Virus genome (UHGV): UHGV-1555203
Length of the DNA: 10,147 nt
Direction: 5' to 3' (one strand)
Source of the DNA: a virus
Shown: positions 6,291-10,147 of the stretch, one piece after another
Layout: the number at the start of each line of letters is the position of its first letter
Position numbering within the stretch: position 1 is the stretch's first letter
Program-made: the position numbers and the translations under genes
The notes under the pieces: generated by a model
What the model saw: the letters and a program-made list of their open reading frames with translations, nothing else
Told to the model about the DNA's origin: nothing
Databases searched by the model: none

Positions 6291-6333
6291 ATCCTCATCA
6301 GAGGATATCAACGACATTATCCCCACCAGCGGA

Positions 6334-7809
6334 TTAAGCATATGGATCGTAATCTGTGATGGCCTTGCCTTGCTGGTTCTGCTGCCCGGGAATTCGCAGA
6401 CGCTTCGACACAGGGAACGCAAACGTCAGCAGTAGCGCATCGCCTTTACCAGGAGAACGCCCAAGCCGCTCCTTGATATCTTCCTTCGGTTCGATAACGA
6501 TTTTACCGTCCACTCGAACTTTGTACTCTGCCGCAGACAGGTCGTCCGCTGTTTCCTGGTCATCCAGCATGCCGCCCAGCCTCAGCCATGTCTTGCATGA
6601 GTTGAACATCTCCCCACGCTTGTTGAGCATCTGCGGGTCAGTAGACGCGCCACCGAACGGAACAAGTTGCCATGTACGACCCCAGCCATCACCGATTGAC
6701 TTCAGACCAGTTCCGTAACCGAAGTCGATGAACACTGCGTCAGCCTGGTACTGGTCTTCAAAGTCAGCGATACGCTTCGCCATAATCAGATCGTCAGTGG
6801 TCTTGTTGCCAGTCCACAGCACCTTACTGTGCAGCCCCTGCCGCAGGTATATCACAGCGTCATCAACGCCGGAGTATGCCGGGTCAACGCCGATTATCAC
6901 CGGAGCATGTGCAACCTGCGCAGCGGTTACCACCCGTTTCATTGCCTCGTCAGTAAGGCCGGTAGGGATAAACTGCAATTCAGATGCATCCGGGAATATG
7001 CCGCGCACACGGATTTTAACGAAGTCGCTGTCTTCCCCGTAGTCATCAACCCATTTCTGCAACTGCTGTTTGTTAGTGCCTTCCACCGTCCGGCTGTCAA
7101 TCTGCGCAGTTTTCCAGCGGTGTTTATATTTGCGGAAACATTCGCGAAAACGCCCGGTGTTACGTGTAGGGTTTCCGAACGCCACCCAGATAATCTCAGT
7201 GTCTTCGTCCGTAAGCGCACCCTCAGCAACTTCCCACACCAGATCCGCAATGTTCGACGCTTCATCGAATACCACGATGATGCGTTTGCGCTCGTTGTGT
7301 AGTCCGGCGAATGCCTCAGTGTTGTGCTCAGACCAGGGTATTGCGTCAGCCCGCCACCGCTTGTCGTGCCCAGGGTCATTGCTGTACATCGCGGTAGCGG
7401 TACAGGTAAACCAGTCTTTCGTGATAGCAAGGTTCGACCACTTGATAATTTCCGGCCAGGTCTTCGTTCGTAGCTGGTTGTCGGTGTTGGCGGTCACCAC
7501 GACCTTACAATCCTCGCAAGTGGACATGCCCCAGTTGATCAGCATTGAGATGAATGCGGATTTACCAATACCGTGACCAGAAGCGCGTGCCAACATAAGC
7601 GGCTGATAGCGCGTCTCTGGATTCTGCAGGTGATCACGTATCTCTCGGAACGCATCAGCCTGCCACTGACGTGGGCCGGTAGCATGTGCCAGTTCAGTCC
7701 CCTCTTCCCCCCACGGGAACGCATAGAGGGCATAGCCAAGCGGATCGTGAGTGAACCCTGCAATATCCTCGATTAACTGCTCTTCAGGAGATAACGCTGT
7801 ATCTGTCAC
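6334..7809 (-). CDS. terL: Terminase large subunit (491 aa), GTG start overlapping the terS stop
   Basis: ORF-track 6334..7809; deviant P-loop GHGIGKS, Walker B-like IIVVFDEAS, C-terminal nuclease-type acidic motifs (VIIGVDPAYSG...DDAV); GTGA start/stop overlap with the upstream small subunit gene. Confidence 0.9.
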   Translation of the reverse strand: MTDTALSPEEQLIEDIAGFTHDPLGYALYAFPWGEEGTELAHATGPRQWQADAFREIRDHLQNPETRYQPLMLARASGHGIGKSAFISMLINWGMSTCEDCKVVVTANTDNQLRTKTWPEIIKWSNLAITKDWFTCTATAMYSNDPGHDKRWRADAIPWSEHNTEAFAGLHNERKRIIVVFDEASNIADLVWEVAEGALTDEDTEIIWVAFGNPTRNTGRFRECFRKYKHRWKTAQIDSRTVEGTNKQQLQKWVDDYGEDSDFVKIRVRGIFPDASELQFIPTGLTDEAMKRVVTAAQVAHAPVIIGVDPAYSGVDDAVIYLRQGLHSKVLWTGNKTTDDLIMAKRIADFEDQYQADAVFIDFGYGTGLKSIGDGWGRTWQLVPFGGASTDPQMLNKRGEMFNSCKTWLRLGGMLDDQETADDLSAAEYKVRVDGKIVIEPKEDIKERLGRSPGKGDALLLTFAFPVSKRLRIPGQQNQQGKAITDYDPYA

Positions 7810-8402
7810 TGATTACCATCCTGACGTTCTTTGAGTCGCTTCCTGGCTGCTGCTATGCGATCAGCAATTGTCACATTCACATTAACATCCAGGCGTTCTT
7901 TGAATGCGTTGACGTCGACGTGCTTACCAATCAGTTCGAGGTTCTTCACCTTGTCAGGCCATTTAATTTTTTTGAGGATTGTCTCTATCGAATCCTCGTT
8001 CATGTTCATGATGGTCGATGACAGATCAAAGCCGCTAAGCGTAGTGCGCCAGATTTTCGGCCACTCGCGGATTGGCTTAAGGCTCCCATCGTCGTTGAGG
8101 ATGTCGATCACGTCCATCTGGTCGATCTCCACCAGGCGCATGAGAACGTAATCAGCACTGACGCGCATTCGTTTGTTGCGCTCCTCCATCAACTCGGCAA
8201 TCCGTTTCTGAATGCGTTCATCGCGCATCATGACACTGGCTTTAACTGCCGCTGTATTTGGGGAGAATCCTGCGTTAATCGCAGCCTGAGTCTGATTTTC
8301 AGGCGTTTTGATGTATGACTGGCAATAAGCCTCCTGCATTGCTGTTAGTGGCTTAAATTGCGTTGATTTGCGTTTATAGGTTTTAGGTTCAGCAGGCATC
8401 AT
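7806..8402 (-). CDS. terS: Terminase small subunit (about 198 aa from ATG 8402; track ORF extends to TTG 8480)
   Basis: N-terminal region LTAMQEAYCQSYIKTPENQTQAAINAGFSPNTAAVKAS matches the conserved helix-turn-helix core of small terminases; immediately upstream of and coupled to terL. The TTG-initiated extension (TITTTVTITTVV) is probably untranslated. Confidence 0.85.
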   Translation of the reverse strand: MMPAEPKTYKRKSTQFKPLTAMQEAYCQSYIKTPENQTQAAINAGFSPNTAAVKASVMMRDERIQKRIAELMEERNKRMRVSADYVLMRLVEIDQMDVIDILNDDGSLKPIREWPKIWRTTLSGFDLSSTIMNMNEDSIETILKKIKWPDKVKNLELIGKHVDVNAFKERLDVNVNVTIADRIAAARKRLKERQDGNQ

Positions 8403-8409
8403 AACCACC

Positions 8410-8438
8410 GTGGTAATAGTTACCGTTGTGGTAATAGT
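8410..8438. repeat. Tandem direct repeat GTGGTAATAGT (x2, 18-bp period) immediately upstream of the terS start
   Basis: Exact 11-mer at 8410..8420 and 8428..8438; on the coding strand reads ACTATTACCAC-N7-ACTATTACCAC ending 8 nt before the ATG. Confidence 0.7.
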
Positions 8439-8476
8439 ACCATGCAAAATAAAGCCGCCATAGTTGGCGGCAGTAT

Positions 8477-8710
8477 TCAAAGTCCATCAAATTCATCGTA
8501 AAAACTCTCGTCAAGATACCCTTTCCATTTACCGCGAATGAAAATTACATCCTCGCCGCAAGGGTGCTGACTGTCGATAACTATATCCCTCCTGGCGCAA
8601 CCATACTTATGCATGAGAAATTTAACCTCTTTCGGAAAATTAGCTGAGTTATCTCTCATATCTTCAAGGTCGTAGCGTATTTTTGGCATAACACCTTCGT
8701 GACATGTCAC
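8477..8710 (-). CDS. Hypothetical small protein (77 aa from GTG 8710, or 70 aa from ATG 8689)
   Basis: ORF-track 8477..8710; GTG start overlaps the upstream stop (GTGA), internal ATG at 8689 preceded by AAGGTG; stop overlaps the terS-frame TTG. No family recognised. Confidence 0.5.
   Translation of the reverse strand: MTCHEGVMPKIRYDLEDMRDNSANFPKEVKFLMHKYGCARRDIVIDSQHPCGEDVIFIRGKWKGYLDESFYDEFDGL
8699..8710. repeat. Perfect 12-bp palindrome GTGACATGTCAC, copy 2
   Basis: Identical to 6248..6259 including flank TAACACC (with 3-bp insert TTC); straddles the stop of the 113-aa gene and the start of the next gene. Confidence 0.8.
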
Positions 8711-9048
8711 ACTATTAATTTCGTTTCATGCCAGCCTTTGGTCACCCAGCATTGCGAGTCACCATTACACGGGCATGAATTAACTGGAACTCTCTCGCCG
8801 CACTTACCGCAACGTTTTCTGCTGATCGATTTTATACGCCCGCGCACCCGGGCATCATCCTGGCGGATCAGCAGCGCGATGTACTCGGCCATTTCATAGG
8901 GATCTCGACCAGGGCGCCGGGCGGCGCAGTTCCGCTCCAGCATTTCAATTTCCTGAGCATCAAGCACAATCTCCAGCTTACGCACACCAGATGCAGCTTG
9001 TCTGGCTCTCTGAGCGGCTTTGCGCTCTGCTGCTGATTTAGCCATCAA
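8707..9048 (-). CDS. Hypothetical protein with C-terminal Cys-rich zinc-ribbon-like motif (113 aa)
   Basis: ORF-track 8707..9048; basic/helical N-terminal half, C-terminal CGKCGERVPVNSCPCNGDSQC cluster suggesting a Zn-binding nucleic-acid-binding protein. Family not recognised. Confidence 0.6.
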   Translation of the reverse strand: MMAKSAAERKAAQRARQAASGVRKLEIVLDAQEIEMLERNCAARRPGRDPYEMAEYIALLIRQDDARVRGRIKSISRKRCGKCGERVPVNSCPCNGDSQCWVTKGWHETKLIV

Positions 9049-9319
9049 TATTTACCTTTATCGCGTATACCTTTACCGGTTTATCGCCGAAGTGGGGATG
9101 TGTGATTGTCTTGATTTCATATCCGTCATACGGGACGTCAATTCTACGACTGGAGTCGTCGCGCTTCGGATATCCCTTTGTGATAATCAGTCGGTCATAA
9201 TCCCTGAACATAATTCGCTTATTCCAGTAGTCATTACACAGGCGATACTCTTCCGTTTTCTCTTCGCGAATGATGGCATCGAAGTATTCACCTTTAACGG
9301 CTAGTTGCAGGTTAGCCAC
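9038..9319 (-). CDS. Small ASCH/PUA-like domain protein (93 aa), tentative
   Basis: ORF-track 9038..9319; N-terminal pattern LAVKGEYFDAIIREEKTEEYRLCNDYW resembles the ASCH/DUF3850-type beta-barrel signature from memory; overlaps neighbours in phage style. Confidence 0.55.
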   Translation of the reverse strand: MANLQLAVKGEYFDAIIREEKTEEYRLCNDYWNKRIMFRDYDRLIITKGYPKRDDSSRRIDVPYDGYEIKTITHPHFGDKPVKVYAIKVNIDG

Positions 9320-9725
9320 GATTAACCTCCTGCTGCGGTGCTGCTGGCAGTGGCATCCAGTGGGTTACCTCTTTGAGATACAGGTCTTCGCCATCACCGT
9401 CATCCCAAGTGGGATTGCCATCATTAAACCAGTCGCCATATACGCCGACCTGAGTGTTGGGGATGTTTGGTGGGTAGTTGTTTTTAAAGTCAGCTGCTAA
9501 CACATAGCATTGTCGCTCTCCCATTTCTGGCATTCGCTCACTACAGCTTATCCAACCATCCTTAGTTGCGGCTGTATTGGCATAGGCCTTACGGTGCTTC
9601 TGTAGCTCTGCTGCCATTGCTCTCACGACTTCAACTGGTGCCCTTGCGGCAAACTCTATGTTGGTGATCAGCTCATTAAGATATTGCTCGCTGGGATACT
9701 GTTTCTTATTGGTAATAGTGGTCAT
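9312..9725 (-). CDS. DUF551-family phage protein (137 aa)
   Basis: ORF-track 9312..9725; contains WISCSERMPE ... VTHWMPLP, the characteristic DUF551 signature common in enterobacterial prophages. Confidence 0.75.
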   Translation of the reverse strand: MTTITNKKQYPSEQYLNELITNIEFAARAPVEVVRAMAAELQKHRKAYANTAATKDGWISCSERMPEMGERQCYVLAADFKNNYPPNIPNTQVGVYGDWFNDGNPTWDDGDGEDLYLKEVTHWMPLPAAPQQEVNRG

Positions 9726-10114
9726 GCCGCGTTTCCTTCTTTCTTATTAACAATTACACCGTCATATATTTCATTAAGGTGCCCTCTCAACTCCATGCGC
9801 CTTAATGCAGATAACATGTAATCGCATTCAACCTGCTTATTTCCAGTAAATGGCTTATCGTCAGGATTACCCCAACAGCAATTACCCTTGGGCCACCCAT
9901 GTACTTTCCGTACTCTTCCGTTAACAACGTGAAGTAATCCCCAGCCAGGTGGTAAATCCTCAATTGAAATAATTCCCGGCTCACTAATAAAGAATCGCCA
10001 GTCGCCCATTCCAAGAGACGGATTTTTACGAAAACGCTTTTTTCTATCTGCCAACAAGTCAGCACGAGAACACTTCGCCTCTATCAGGCATGATGCTGAA
10101 TTTCTGAATCCCAT
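9722..10114 (-). CDS. Hypothetical protein (130 aa from ATG 10114); frame stays open to the window end, so the true start may lie outside
   Basis: ORF-track 9722..10114; no stop in frame between 10114 and 10147; Cys/His/Trp-rich (GNCCWGNPDD, VECDYML); a D...EAK spacing near the N-terminus could hint at a nuclease fold but is not diagnostic. Confidence 0.5.
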   Translation of the reverse strand: MGFRNSASCLIEAKCSRADLLADRKKRFRKNPSLGMGDWRFFISEPGIISIEDLPPGWGLLHVVNGRVRKVHGWPKGNCCWGNPDDKPFTGNKQVECDYMLSALRRMELRGHLNEIYDGVIVNKKEGNAA

Positions 10115-10147
10115 AGCATCTGGCTGTTCTCCGGTACTGGTTACAGC

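Larger units (their letters stand above)
1..10147 (-). mobile_element. Prophage / tailed-phage genome segment: packaging and head-morphogenesis module plus upstream small early-type genes
   Basis: Collinear minus-strand gene train with stop/start overlaps; recognisable terminase small and large subunits followed by portal-, scaffold- and capsid-sized genes; phage-type tRNA; DUF551-like gene. No boundaries (att sites, integrase) are inside the window. Confidence 0.85.

Noticed and set aside
5143-6333. Retron, CRISPR array or toxin-antitoxin pair in the accessory cassette
   Set aside because: No reverse transcriptase, no repeat-spacer array, and only a single protein-coding gene; the structured RNA region is followed by a tRNA, not an RT.
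6829-7576. Plus-strand ORFs 6829..7302 and 7070..7576, and minus-strand alternative-frame ORFs 6939..7430 and 7539..7763
   Set aside because: All overlap the terminase large subunit gene, which has clear ATPase and nuclease motifs in its own frame; Ser/Arg/Cys-rich random-like translations.
8403-8480. N-terminal extension of the small terminase from the TTG at 8480 (NTAANYGGFILHGTITTTVTITTVV)
   Set aside because: Non-canonical TTG start, odd low-complexity peptide produced by the DNA direct repeats, and an ATG-ATG with GGTGG just upstream at 8402; the conserved terminase core starts after the internal Met.
8477-10114. Lysis genes (holin, endolysin, spanin) expected upstream of terS
   Set aside because: None of the five ORFs has a transmembrane segment or recognisable lysozyme/muramidase motifs; they look like small early-region proteins instead.

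Overview
This window is part of a tailed-phage (prophage) genome of enterobacterial type. It holds the DNA-packaging and head-morphogenesis module, encoded on the minus strand in a tightly coupled gene train: small early/nin-type genes (9722..10114, DUF551, ASCH-like, Zn-ribbon, 8477..8710), then terminase small subunit, terminase large subunit, portal, a 98-aa protein, scaffold, major capsid protein, two small head proteins, an intrinsic terminator and a further structural gene running off the window start. No lysis cassette, integrase, CRISPR array or IS element is visible. The most interesting feature is a roughly 1.2 kb plus-strand, AT-richer cassette wedged between the large terminase and portal genes and transcribed against the late operon. 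It has its own sigma70-like promoter (perfect TTGACA), a ~330-nt GC-rich untranslated leader, an intact tRNA-Arg(UCU), two intrinsic terminators in tandem, and an orphan 139-aa ORF whose ribosome-binding site abuts the second terminator. I cannot assign the 139-aa protein to any family; it is the best candidate here for an undescribed accessory function (conversion, defence or counter-defence). Other signals: a perfect 12-bp palindrome GTGACATGTCAC present twice with a shared 5' flank, direct repeats immediately upstream of the small terminase start, and a duplicated translation-initiation sequence upstream of the portal. All functional calls rest on reading the sequence and on recalled family features; no database search was run.
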